Below, in pieces: positions 13,691 through 54,108 of a stretch of DNA of 64,000 bases. The notes below the pieces were generated by a model. The model was not told the DNA's origin. It did not search any database and saw only the letters and a list, made by a program, of their open reading frames with translations. Source of the DNA: Octopus bimaculoides (Eukaryota); contig NC_069004.1 of NCBI RefSeq assembly GCF_001194135.2, forward strand, positions 13,562,183-13,626,182, in the 5' to 3' direction. A program made the position numbers and the translations under genes. Within the stretch, counting starts at the first letter, position 1. Every line of letters starts with the position of its first letter.

Positions 13691-13750
<60 letters not shown>

Positions 13751-14584
13751 CACACCTTTTCCTGGCACTCTGTCAGTTACAATGATGAGTGTTCCAGTTG
13801 ATACGGTCAATGGAACAGCCTGCTCATGAAATTAACATGCAAGTGGCTGAGCATGGCTGAGTACTCCTCAGGCATGCATATCTCTTAACATAGTTCTAAA
13901 GGAGATTTAGCTTGACAAAAAATGTGACAAGGCTGACCCTTTTCAATTACAACTCATTTTTGGCAGCTGAGTGGACCGGAGCAACATGAACTAAAGTGTC
14001 TTGCTTTAAGACACAATGTGTTGCCAAAAACTGAACTAACCACCTTATGACTTTCAGCCAAGTACCTTAACCACTAAATCATACGCCTTTATAATATATA
14101 TACAAAAATATATGCATTTATATATACACACACACAAACAATTGTGTACTTGTATTTAAGAAATACATCTACATTTATACACCCATATATAAATTTATAG
14201 AAATATACCTATATATGCCTGAAAACGATTTTCATATATATATACACACATAGAGGCAATCAAACATAAAGCATAAGAAAAACAGGTGTAAAAAACTTTT
14301 TTTGAATGGACAAAAGTGGAATACAAAATGCAAGTGGTAGAAGGTATAAGTTTTGCCATGTGGGGTATTGAACAGTGGTATGTGTGTGTTTGTATGTATA
14401 TATAAATGAAATATATATACACATATTCTATTAACCCAGTCGTTCTCAAGTGGGGTCCCTATAAGATTTTGTTCATAAAATTTATTGGTATTAAATTGGT
14501 TATACTTCTACAATTCCTAATAATTACACTAAACTCTGCTTGCGAAGACCTGTTGGGACAAGTGAAATCGAAATTAAACCATAT

Positions 14585-14970
14585 TCGATGACTGGCACCT
14601 GCACCAGTGGGGCACTAACAGTACTGTCCAAGCGTGTTCATTGCCAGAGCAGCTGTCTGGCATCCGTGCCAGTGGCACATAAATAGCACCATTTGAGCAT
14701 AATCATTACTTGCGTCGCCTTCTAGCACTTGTGCTGGTGGCACATTAGAAAATCATTCGAGCGAGGTCTTTGCCAGTGCCGCTGGACTGGCTCCCATGCA
14801 GGTGGCACGTCAAAAACACCTTTTGAGCATGGCCGTTGCCAGTATCGTGTGACTGGCCCTCATGCCGGTGGCACGTAAAAGCACCCACTACACTCTTGGA
14901 GCGATTGGCATTAGGAAGGGCATCCAGCTGTAGAAACTCTGCCAGATCAGATTGAAGCCTGGTGCAGCCT
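14585..14970 (+). mobile_element. SINE-like repeat with internal tandem ~60-70 bp subunits
   Basis: Recurring gccagtggcac...agcacc...gagc units followed by ttaggaagggcatccagctgtagaaac; the same tail occurs at 39103-39385 and reversed at 43110-43370. Confidence 0.7.
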
Positions 14971-14989
14971 TGTCATTAGACTCTGGGAC

Positions 14990-15275
14990 CAGATTTCTAA
15001 ATGTGACCAACCAAAACTATGGATATTATCCAGACCTCTTGTTCTTGGTCTACTACTGGTTGATTCAGCTTGAAGAATACATCTTGAGATTCTTTCTTGT
15101 CACATTCTAATTGCATGTCTGTAATACCAGAGCTGTGAACCTTCAATGTGGAGAAGTAGTGGCTTGACCTGAAGAGAATCCTTCATCTCTTAGCTTTGCA
15201 GCCTGTCTACCAGCATCACATCCATATTTGTGATCGTATTCTTTCAGTCATTACCCAACATTCATGACCATAGAT
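14990..15275 (-). mobile_element. RTE-clade LINE C-terminal fragment
   Basis: IYGHECWVMTERIRSQI...VKPLLLHIEGSQLWYYRHAIRM*QERISRCILQ...RPRTR.LDNI. Confidence 0.85.
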
Positions 15276-16240
15276 GACCATAGATGACCATAGTAAAAAA
15301 AGCACACAAAAATATACCAGATAATATCTATATGCATTTGCATCACAAAAACAAGTTTTTTTTAACCCTTTAGCATTTAAACCTACCATACCCAGCCCAA
15401 AATTTGCTACTTGTTTGATGTTCAGACTGGCTAGATCTGGCCTCTCACACCAACTTAACAATATCATTGTAAAAAATCAACAATCACATCATTGAAATCT
15501 CAGGGTTCCAATACAATGCATGATTAATGTGAATATATATAAATATTACATTTGACAGAGTAGTTCTACCTGCTCAAGAAAATTATGGTCTTCCCAAATG
15601 TGCAATACTGCTTCCTGCTATAATGATCTATATATATGATACTAGCAAGAAGACATGAACCGTGAATTTCTATTTACTAAAGGATCTTTAACAAATGGTA
15701 TTTCATATTTTGCTAACATGCATAACTGGCATGGTCTGTTATGGTTGTATGGTGTAGCTCTTGATAAGATCTTCTATGAAGTGTAAAACTATGTATCATT
15801 ATTTAGCTACTAAATGCAATGCTTAGTATAAAGAGCTGACTTTCTTTGCTGTGTCTAAACAAAAAGTTGAATCTGTCATATCAGTCTTTTCAAATTCTTT
15901 TCACGCAAGCCTGTATGATGTAAAAAGAAGCACAAGTCAGTTTTCACGGTAGTCTCATGAGTTCTTTGGCACTGCCCTTTGAGAAGAAATAGGTCTTTGT
16001 CAAACAGGCTGACCTCAAATTGTTATGGTAACTATTTTTCAGTTTGTATTTGATGAAGCACAACTGTGTATGGTACAGTACAAAATTTTGATTTTACCTT
16101 TATGTACATATACATATGAAAAATATACAGGTCTCGTTATATTTATTTCGTTATTGGTGTAAAAATATACATAAATATGTAAATTATACATATAACTATA
16201 AATTATTTGCATGGCTGTTTCTATATGTTTCTATACATCT

Positions 16241-16643
16241 TTTACATGTTTCAATTTCTGAACTGCAGCCATGCTGAGGCACTGCCTTGAAAGGTTTTAG
16301 TTGAATGAATTGACCCAGTACTTACTTTTTAAAGCCTGGTACTTATTCTATCAGTTTCTTTTGCCAAACCACTAAGTCACAGGGATGTAAACAAACCAAC
16401 ACCAGTTGTCGTGCAGTGGTGGGGGGACAAGCACAAAGACACATATGTTGATGCACGCATACACACACACACATTTATATGACAAGCTTCTTTCAGTTTC
16501 TGTCAACCAAACCCACTCAAAAGTCTTTGGTTGGCCTGAGGCTATAGTAGAAGACACTTGCCCAAGATACCACACAGTTGGATTGAACCCAGAACCAAGT
16601 GATTGGGAAACAAACTTCTCAACACACAGCCACACCTGCACCT
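16241..16643 (-). mobile_element. tRNA-derived SINE, family A
   Basis: Reverse complement of the copies at 36541 and 42185. Confidence 0.85.
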
Positions 16644-16941
16644 ATGCATACTTATTTTATGATTATGATTTTTTTTTAACAGAAAAACAAGATCAGACTT
16701 GTAAAAAGTGACATTATGTTATTAACTGTTAGTATCAACAACTTTTTCCTTACCACTCAAAACATTAGAATGCTGACTAACAACATGATAAAGCATTCTT
16801 CCCAACCTGTTGCTCTCCCGTTTGTTTACAACTTCAACTTGCTACCTCTAACCTATATCAAATTACTACTAGACATGGAAAATCTTATCAATGTTTAAAG
16901 AAAGCAGCATTGGTAAAACTTAGAAGTAAACAGTCTGTCTA

Positions 16942-16983
<42 letters not shown>

Positions 16984-17504
16984 CAAGACACAATTATTGG
17001 CATGAAAATGGAAATTAATGAAACTATCACAAGATCTATGGATTTAAAACATTTTTTTTTTTTTATTTTGGGATAATATATAACTTCAAGCAAGATCAAG
17101 AGAAAACTTTTCAACTGTTATCTCTAAGCTCTATGAAACTTCCTTTCACTATGTGTACATAGCCCAGCTTTCTTAAGACAAAATACAATGCTACAAGTAA
17201 CATTATATTCAACCTACTGTGCTTCTAATAAGAATAATAATTTAATTTTAATGATGATAATATTAGCATGATGATGATGATGATGATGATAATAACAAAT
17301 AATAATAATAGCAACAATAATAATAACAACAATAATCGTTATAAGAAGTAAATAAGGTCAGGAATGGAAAATGTATTGAGGGTAATATTTATTCTACCAG
17401 CAACTGCTGAAATTGTAATCTCTCAAACTATAACGTAAGTCACACAAGCAAAAAATAAGAAAAATTAAATATTTCTTTAAATAAGTCAAATGTTAATGAC
17501 TTAC

Positions 17505-44869
<27,365 letters not shown>

Positions 44870-44922
44870 CTAAGAGTAAAAAAAAATAATGGTGATTTCT
44901 TCTTTATTGAATAATAATAATA

Positions 44923-44954
<32 letters not shown>

Positions 44955-45028
44955 CTCACATATTGACACAAGGTCAGCAATTTTGGGGGTGGGTCTAATT
45001 ACCAGTATTTCACTGGTACATCTTTTTC

Positions 45029-45066
<38 letters not shown>

Positions 45067-45170
45067 TGATGATGATGATGGTCTCACATATTGACACAAG
45101 GTCAGCAATTTCGTGGGTGGGTCTAATTACCAGTAGTTCACTGGTACATCTTTTTCTATAATAATAATAA

Positions 45171-45963
45171 TCCTTTCTACTACAGGCACAAGGCCTGGAA
45201 TTTGGGGGAGTAGCTAGTCGATTGCATCGACTGACCGCCCCCCCCCCCCCGTATGCAACTAGTGCATAACTGGTACTTAGTTTATTGACTCTCGAAAGAA
45301 TGAAAGGCAAGTCAACCTTGGAGGAATTTGAACTCAGAATGTAGCGGCAGACAAAATACCGTTAAGCATTTCGCCCGACATGCTAACGATTTTGCCAGCT
45401 CGCTGCCTTAATAATAATCTCTATATATATATAAAGCAAAGTTTGTGTGTGTGTGTGTGCGCACGCGCGTATGTTCCATATGCATTCGAAAACTTAGTTG
45501 CCAATTTTATAATAATAATCCTTTCTACTAAAAGCACAAGGCCTGAAATTTTAGAGGAAGCGGACTAGTCGATTACATTGACCACAGTGCTTCACTGGTA
45601 CTTTTTTTTATCAACCCTGAAAGGATGAAAGGTGAAGTTGACCCCAGCAGAATTTGAACTTAGAACATAAAGACAGATGAAATGTCATTAAGCATTTTGC
45701 CTGGCATGCTAACGATTCAGCCAGCTCACTACCTTAATAATAATAATGATCCTTTCTACTAAAGGCACAAGGCCTGAAATTTGGGGGAGGGGATTAGTCG
45801 ATTACATTAACCCCCAGAGTTTCACTGGTACTCAATTTACCAACCCTGAAAGAATGAAAGGCAAAGTCAACTTTGGCGGGATTTGAACTCAGAATGTAAA
45901 GACAGGCAAAATACCACGAAACATTTTGCCCAGCATGCTAGCAATTCTTCCGGCTTACTGCTT
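45171..45963 (-). mobile_element. Three head-to-tail tRNA-derived SINEs (family B) with an intervening Helitron head
   Basis: Copies at 45171-45409, 45520-45735 and 45750-45963 separated by (TAA)n; B box gagttcaaattcc on the minus strand. Confidence 0.88.
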
Positions 45964-45972
45964 TGATAATAA

Positions 45973-47257
45973 TCTATATATATAAAGCAGGGTTTGTGTG
46001 TTTGTGTGTGTGTGTGTTCCTTATGCATTCATAAACTTAGTTGCCAATTTTGACATACGAGTTATCACAAAATTCAGTAATGTTTCAGCTACCAAATAAA
46101 CTTTTAGTTTCGTTTACATATTTGCATTACAAAAATTTAACATTATAATCTTTCTATAAGTCACCTATTGTAAACAACATTTTATATCACCACCACCACT
46201 ACCTCAATGTCACATTTTCTAAGAGTATGTGTCCGTCCGTGTGTGTGTGTGTGTGTGTGTTTGCACATTCATTACATACACTAGGCTGATGATTGAGAAG
46301 TATATGTGTGTGAGTGTATGTGATGGTGTATGTGTCTGTCAGTATACATACATTTTTGTAATTGACACACATACATACATCTAAAGACAGAAACAGAGGG
46401 ACAGAGATAGGCCTGAGGTATGTGTGAATGTATGTCTGTGTGTGTCTGTCTTAGTATATGTATGTGACTGTACCGCCCAACAGTGAAACGTGCTGATTTT
46501 GAAAAAGTTCAGTTTAGTTGTGGCCTGGATGTTGAACGAACAACAGCGTTCACTTTGAAGTACCACTGATTGGATTTTCCCTTTCATTAAGGAAAGTTGC
46601 AGTTTAAACAGCATTAACGATTATCACTACTTATGTGCTGAAATAGTATTCTGGTTTTTATAACCAACATGAAGATTTGGCTGATTTGACAGCACTCACA
46701 ACACTCGCAAATATATCTGAAATAAAAATGTTATTATGATTATTATAACAAATTTGGAAACTTGNNNNNNNNNNATATATCTGAAATAAAAATGTTATTA
46801 TGATTATTATAACAAATTTGGAAACTTGACGAAGTAGAAAGCCTTAGCAGCTCTTTCAATATAATTACAGAAATGTTATTCCAGTCCTAACATCCTTATT
46901 GTATTGCTGCTATGGTGCTTTATCAATGTGAGTATTCAATGCCACGCAACCTTTTACTGTGTTGGTCAGTATTCATTCTACAGCCTATAACATTACACAG
47001 TTAAAATATATAGTAAGTGATGTCAAATTAATTTATGTCTTGCAACATACATCCTTCAGCAAATGTTTTAAATTAATTAACATTCACAACAGCAACATAT
47101 TCCTTTGTACACACTTTGTTCAGCATTCATTTACAATTTGGATATTTTTTTTAATAAAATATAGATATTTTCAAATAATTATGAGAATATATCTTTATTG
47201 TTTACTAATCCAAATAAGAACAACAGTAACCTGGGCAACGCTGGAACATTCTACTAG
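45973..47257 (+). mobile_element. Non-autonomous Helitron with both termini
   Basis: A|TCTATATATATAAAGC at 45973; degenerate hairpin cctgggcaacgctgg at 47230-44; CTAG|T at 47254-58; inserted at an AT in (TAA)n with no TSD. Confidence 0.75.
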
Positions 47258-47329
47258 TAATAATAATAATAATTTATGAACATTGATGTAACTCTTCATG
47301 AAGGTAAATAAGCAATAAGAAGTGTGTGG

Positions 47330-47503
47330 TATGATTTGTAATAAACAGAGATTAACTCTGGATATTGAATTGAACAATATTTCAATAGTATATCTATTTT
47401 CCTCAAGTTCCTTTTTCATCTTGAACCTGAGGGAGATAGACATAATATTGAAATATTGTTCAATTCAATATACAGAATCAATCTCTATTTATTACAAATC
47501 ATA
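47330..47503. repeat. Fold-back inverted repeat, ~80-bp arms
   Basis: tatgatttgtaataaa...caagttc pairs with gaacctgag...tttattacaaatcata; loop ~13 nt. Confidence 0.9.
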
Positions 47504-47521
47504 TCGTGCTCTTCTTATTAC

Positions 47522-47568
<47 letters not shown>

Positions 47569-47569
47569 C

Positions 47570-47970
47570 CTTTCTTTTCTACTATAAGCACAAGGCCTGA
47601 AACTGGGGGAGGGGGATGGTCCATTACATCAACCCCAGTACTTGGCTGGTACTTTTTCATTGACCTCGAAAGGATGAAAGGCAAAGTCAACCTTAGTGGA
47701 ATTGGAACTCGGAGCGTAGCAACGGGCAACATGTTGCAAAGCATTTCGCCCGGCGTGCTAACGGTTCTGCCAGTTTGCCACCTAATAATAATCCTTTCTA
47801 CAATAGGCAGAAGACCTGAAATTTTGGGCGGAGAGGGCTAGTCAATTACATTGACCATAGTGCTCAATTGGTACTTATTTTATGGGCCCCAAAAAGAAAG
47901 GCGAAGTTGACCTCAGAACCTAAAGAACCAGAAGAAATACCAACAAGCATTTTGCCTGGTGTGCTAACAA
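47570..47970 (-). mobile_element. Two tandem family B SINEs
   Basis: 47570-47782 and 47792-47970, adjacent to (TAA)n. Confidence 0.85.
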
Positions 47971-48143
47971 TCCAATGAACTCACAATGGTAGTGGTAGCA
48001 ACAATAACAATAATATAATTTGAGGGAGGGGGCAGAGAATGAGAGGTTGCACAGTTTAGATGTAGAGTGTAGATTTGGTCAGAGAGACCCAGTTTCACAA
48101 TATTGGAAAATGCAGATGTGGCATATGGTAGCCCTTTATTTAA

Positions 48144-48544
48144 CTCTTTAACATTTAAACCAGCCATATCCAGCCCAAATATTCTGCCTGTTTTATACTG
48201 AAACTGGCCACATCCAGCCTCTCACACCTACCTACAATGTTATTCTAGAAATAAACAATCATATCTTCAAAATCTTGAAGGTACAAGATATTATATGGTT
48301 AATTTTTAAAAATGTGGATCTGAATGCTAAAACACTTAAAACAGCCATATTCAACTAAAATATTCTATTTGTTTTATGGTCAAACCAACCAGACCCAACC
48401 TCTCACACCTACCTGACAATGCCGTTCTAAAAATATACAAACACACCACTGAAATCTTGAAGCTATGAGATACTACATGGTTAATTTTTAAAAATATGGA
48501 TAAATAAGCATTATATTTAATAAATTAATCTGAATGCTAAAGGG
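48144..48544 (+). mobile_element. piggyBac-like MITE with internal duplication
   Basis: TTAA flanks; body sequence present twice. Confidence 0.78.
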
Positions 48545-48641
48545 TTAAACAGACCCTGTTTTTGAAGATGGTTAATTTGCATACAGTGTGTAAAAATTAG
48601 TCTTGTTTTTTTACTTTCTTAAGTGGACTGATAAAGATTAA

Positions 48642-49178
48642 CCCTTTAGCATTTAAACTGGCCATATCTGGCCAAAATATTCTACCTATTTTATACATAA
48701 ACCAGCCAGATTTGGCCTCTCATACACATCCTATAACGTCATTCTAAAAAGAAACAATCACATAATTGAAATCTTAAAGCTGCATGATAGACAATGTGAA
48801 TGAGTAGTGTTTCAGTTGACAGAGTGAAGGCACATGGCTCATTGGGTAGAGCGTTGGGCTCACAATCATGAGGTAATGAATTTGATTCCTGGAACGGGCT
48901 GTATGTTGTGTTCTTGAACAAGACACTTTATTTCAACTTGCAAAGTCACTGGTGCCAAGCTGAATCGGCCTTTGCCTTTCCCTTGGATAACAGTGGTAGT
49001 GTGGAGAGGGGAGGCTGGTATGCATGGGCAACTGCTAGTCTCCTATAAACAACTTTGCCTGGATTTGTACCTGGGAGGAGGGGAACTTTCTAGATACAAT
49101 CCTATGGTCATTCATGACTGAAAGAGAGGAGGGGGCTTTACCCTTTACCTATGACAAAATAATCTGAATGCTAAAGGG
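48642..49178 (+). mobile_element. piggyBac-like MITE with nested family C SINE (48823-49150)
   Basis: TTAA|CCCTTTAGCATT...AATGCTAAAGGG|TTAA. Confidence 0.85.
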
Positions 49179-51834
49179 TTAAACATACTCTGCTTTAGAA
49201 GTGCATTAATTTGGACTTGTATCTGTCAAATAAAATCATATTCTTTACTTTCCTTTGTTTAATTTTCATCCTATAGACATTAGAATGTATGCATGATACA
49301 GTATGAGATATTTTAGAATATTCTAAGAATTAACAAATATCAAACAAACCCTGCGTTAGATGTATATTAATTTGCATCTGTTAAATACAATTTCGCTCTT
49401 ACTTTATTTTATATTTAAATATATATTTTAAATTCAGAAATTTGGGATCCTTCTGGTCCCACCCAAGCTTATCAAATAATTGATCTAACATTGCAGACCT
49501 ATCTCTATAATGCTAAGTAGTGAACCAATTATCTTCCACAATGAAAATTTCAGTAAAATTAAAATTTTCTTTTCAAAATATATTCTTGCTGTTAAACATT
49601 TTTTCTCAAGATCTGAGTTTAAAACCAATGCTTCAATGGCTAGCATTAAAGGCTTAACTATACATCAATTTAAATTGATAGTAAAACAGGGGATCAAACA
49701 GCCTAAACCCTCTAATTTAATTTAGAGTAATTAATTCAAAATTACTTTACATCGTCTCAGATGGAGTCTGCAAATTCATGTACATATATTAAAAAGTATA
49801 TAAATTAATTGCAGACCCAAATCTGAAATTAAAATTCCATATGTCTAAGTAGGACACAGTTCAACCACCTGTCAGTACAAATTGTTATTCTTTTTTTCTT
49901 TTACTTGTGTCAGTCATTTGACTGTGGCCACACCGGAGCACCATCTTTAAGAGTATTTTTAATCAAAGAAATTGACCCCAGGACTTATTCTTTGTAAGCC
50001 TAGTACTTACTTTAACGGTCTTGTTTGCCAAACTGCTAAGTTACGGGGATGTAAACACACCAACATCAGTTGTCAAGAGATTAAACCTAAGCTTTATAAA
50101 ATGCAAGTATTTAATTCCAACCCTCTATGCACAGAGTTCAAATTCTGCCAGAATCAACTTTGTTATTTATCCTTCCAGGGATAAATAGCTGTAATTCAAA
50201 GGACCAATCTTGTCACATGCTGTGTCATGCTGAATCTCTCTGAAAATTGTGTTAAGGGTACACATGTCTGTGGAGTGCTCAACCACTTGAAAGTTTATTT
50301 CACAAACAAGCTGTTCCGTTGATCGGATCAACTGGAGGCCTCATCGTCATAAACAATGGAGTACCAGTTAATAATTATAAATGCAGTGAGCTGGCAGAAT
50401 CATCAGCACACTGGACAAAATGCTTAGTGGCATTTCTTTTGGCTTTATGTTCAAAGTTCAAATTCTGCAAGGGTTGAATTTTCCTTTCATCCTTTCAAGG
50501 TTGATAAAATAAGTACTGGTTGAACACAGAAGCTGATGTAATTGACTAATCTCACACAGCCAAATTTCAAGCCTTTGGGCCTAAAGAAGAAGGACTTTTC
50601 ATCTTTTTTTTTTTTCCAAATTTTCTTTTTGAGGTGTTTACTACCAAATTCAAAGACATAATGATCTCAAACTTGGTTTATTGAGACAAAACCATGAAAC
50701 CTACAATCACACAAAAAAAACGAAAAGTTAGGTTTCAAGCTCCTAATTTCCCCAACCTAACTATGAAGGTACATGGCCTAGTGGTTAGGCTGTTGCACTC
50801 ACGATCACTAGATTATGGGTTCGATTCTCTGACTGGGCGATGCATTGTGTTCTTGAGCAAAATACTTCATTTCACATTGCTCCAGCCCCCCTTCTGATCA
50901 GGTGGGGAATATTGGTCTGCTCTCCTAGCCAGCGGGGTGGAATCATTTGAAGGCTAAAACAATACAAAAATGCACTGTGACCAGTGATGTGTAACAACAT
51001 CTGATAGCCTGGTCGGTCATGTGATCACAGGAACTGTTGTACAGAACAATGGGACAATGACTGTAAATGTTAAGTGTTAAAAGATCAGTAACTTCAGTCC
51101 TCAGGTCAGTCAAGCAATATATACTCTGGTTGAAGTGTAACAAGCTATTGGCATCACAAGTATAACAAGGTGAATGTCCATAACAACGAAAACAATCTGG
51201 CACCATGGTTATAATGAAGGATTTGGAGCTTTAGGTGTTTTCGCTCAATAAACACTCACAACACCCAGTCTGGGAATCGAAACCGCCATCCTATGACCGC
51301 GAGTCCGATGTCCTAACCACTGGGCCATTGCGCCTCCAATAGCTGATATACTGTATCAATAATAACCAAGATGAAAACTCAAGTCTGATAAACTACAAAT
51401 GCCATTTTTCAACATGCAATAGAAATGACTTTGGAGAAGGATATAAAAAATAAAATAATCTATTAGGATGTTGTATATTTGGGTTCAAGCACTGAGCAAG
51501 AATTGAACTGGAAGACTGAGATAATATATACTGGAGCAAGTGAGAGACATAGACATGATTATTTACTCAAATATATTTTGAATAATAACATCATTCTTGG
51601 GATATTCCATTATAAAAGAGGCTGTTACTCAAGACTGATGTTTAATTTTTAAAAAAATTGGATATATAGCCCCTTATATCAATAAGAAATGAAATCATTT
51701 TTAGGATTGGTATGGTCAATTTTTATGGCTAGTTTTTACCAAAATATTTTGAAATGGTTAAATCATTTGTGAAATTGAGCAAGAAACATGTTGAATATTC
51801 TTGGACAAAATATTAAAAAACAAAAATGATAATA

Positions 51835-51960
51835 AACCTGAAGTGAAAACCAATTTATATATAATGCATGTGGTTAAACAGCAAAAATATGACCATTCCT
51901 AACTATAACAATATCTGTTTCAACACCCAATTTCACATCAAGAATCTTGCAAAACAAATA
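51835..51960 (+). mobile_element. Diverged copy of the Penelope tail at 7765-7895
   Basis: Shared atgacca...caatatctgtttcaacac...tttcacatcaaga.tcttgc...aaaac.aata. Confidence 0.7.
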
Positions 51961-53524
51961 TGTTATGTTTTTTTATTACTTAAACTGCAAATTAACCGGA
52001 TAAAAGCAGAGTTACTTCTGAATATGCATATGCAGGACTACTAATTATCTCTTTTGGCTCTCCAGAATACTTCAGTAATCTTTCAATTTTACTCATATTA
52101 CTGCATTATATATATATATATATGTATAAAAATATACACATATACATATATATATAGGTAAACATTCATAGCAGCAAAATTTGATTATGAATTATAAAAT
52201 TCAGTCATTATCAAGTCACTTGGGCAAGTGTCTTCTACTATAGCGTCAGGCAGACCAAAGTCTGGTGAGGTGAGTAGATTTTGGTAGATGGGAACTTAAG
52301 AATATATGTGCGTGTGTCTTTGTTCCTGTCCCCCACCACTGTCTGACAACCGGTGTTAGTGTGTTTATGTCCCTGTAACTTATAGGTTTGGCAAAAGAAA
52401 AGAGGCCAATAGAAGTACCAGGATTTTTTTTTAAAATAAAATACTGGGGTGATTCATTCCATCAGAATTCTTCAAGGCATTGCCTTAGTATGGCCTGCAA
52501 TACAATGACTGAAACATAAAAAGATAATATAGTTCTTCCTACTCCACCACCACCCCTGCATACAGGAATCCACCCACTGATGGTCACACTGGAATGCCTT
52601 TGACAGTAATGTATGTTCAGTCAGAGTTGACCTGGGGGTTACTAAACAACAACCATCTTTTATACTTCTGCTCCTCTCTATTCACAAACAAATCTATTTT
52701 CCAACAAACTAATAGTTATCTTGACAAGAGACCCCACTATTGTTTCATGAAAGGAAAGGGGTGAGAGAGAGATAGAGACAAAGAAACACCACTGATAATA
52801 ATGGTTGTGGTGTAGTACACTGCTGACTACAAACAACTGACTTGACTGCAACTTGTTCTCTACTAACCAGCATGGAAAATGTCTCAACTTTGATCAACAA
52901 AGCTAAGTTAAGACAACTGTAAACTTGACCTAGATCTTAGTCTAAATATAGAACTATTTTAGCCAGCCTACTAGAAGATGGAGAAAAGGCCAGCACTACT
53001 CTAGTCCATCTAGTTGACATCCCCTCTATCTCCCCACACACAGACATACATTCTCCATAATTTTTTTTTGCCTTGCTTCTATAACCTTTAAATAATTACA
53101 GAAATTCAGAATTTAGGATTCTTGAAGCAAGCAATTTATTATCATTAGTTATTATTATTATTTTTTTTTTTATTTAATTAGTATAGCAAAATGAGTCAGC
53201 CATCAGATAAAAAAAAATGCCTAGCAATATTTTCTTACATTCCGTTACATTTTGAATTCAGATTTGCTTGTCATTCTTTTGTAATCAATAATAAAAAAAT
53301 ACCAGCCAATTATAATCAACTACAATACAATTAGCCACACAATGTGTGGCCTTGTGCCTAGTTACATATTAATTGTTATATAAACAATGTCTAACATGAA
53401 TGTGTGGCTTTAAAGTTGTCTGTGGTTTTTCTGTTTTGTTTGTTTTTTTTTGTTTTTTGGTTCATACAACCATTTATAGATGTAGAACACCACTACTAAT
53501 TCATGGGTCACTAAGTTCAATCCT

Positions 53525-54108
53525 ATTCACAGTAGCCAAGCTGGCAGAACTGTTAGCACACTGGACGAAATGCTTAGTGCTATTTTGCCCATTGCTACAT
53601 TTCTGAGTTCAAATTCCAACGAGGTCCACTTTGCATTTCATCTTTTTGGGGTTGATAAATTTAGTACCAGTGAAACACTGGGGTCAATATAATCAACTAG
53701 TCTCCCACTGCCAAATTTTAAGCCTTGTGCCTATAGCAGAAAGGATTATTATTATCATTATTATTATTATGTGGTTTTTGCCTTTCATCCTTTCAGTTGA
53801 GTACTGGGGCTGGTGTAATCAACTAGCCCCTCCCCCAAATTTCAGGCCTTGTGCCTTTTGTAGAAAGGATTATCATTATTATTATTATTGAAGGTGGCAA
53901 GCTGGCAGAATCATTAGCATGCTGGGCTAAATGCTCAGTGGTATTTCACCCATCACTATGTTCTGAGTTCAAATTCTGCCAAGGTCAACTTTGCTTTTCA
54001 TCCTTTTTGGGGTCAATAAATTAAGTACCAGTGAAACACTGGGGTCAATGTAATCGACTAGTCCCCTCCCCACAAATTTCAGGCCTTGTGCCTTCAGTAG
54101 AAAAGATT
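53525..54108 (+). mobile_element. Tandem family B SINEs with (ATT)n tails
   Basis: Copies at 53525-53745, a partial at ~53780-53870, and 53890-54108. Confidence 0.85.

Noticed and set aside
14590-14890. CRISPR-like repeat spacing
   Set aside because: Eukaryotic context; the units are diverged tandem subrepeats without unique spacers
46711-46828. Exact 54-bp direct repeat
   Set aside because: It flanks a 10-N gap, the typical signature of an unmerged contig overlap
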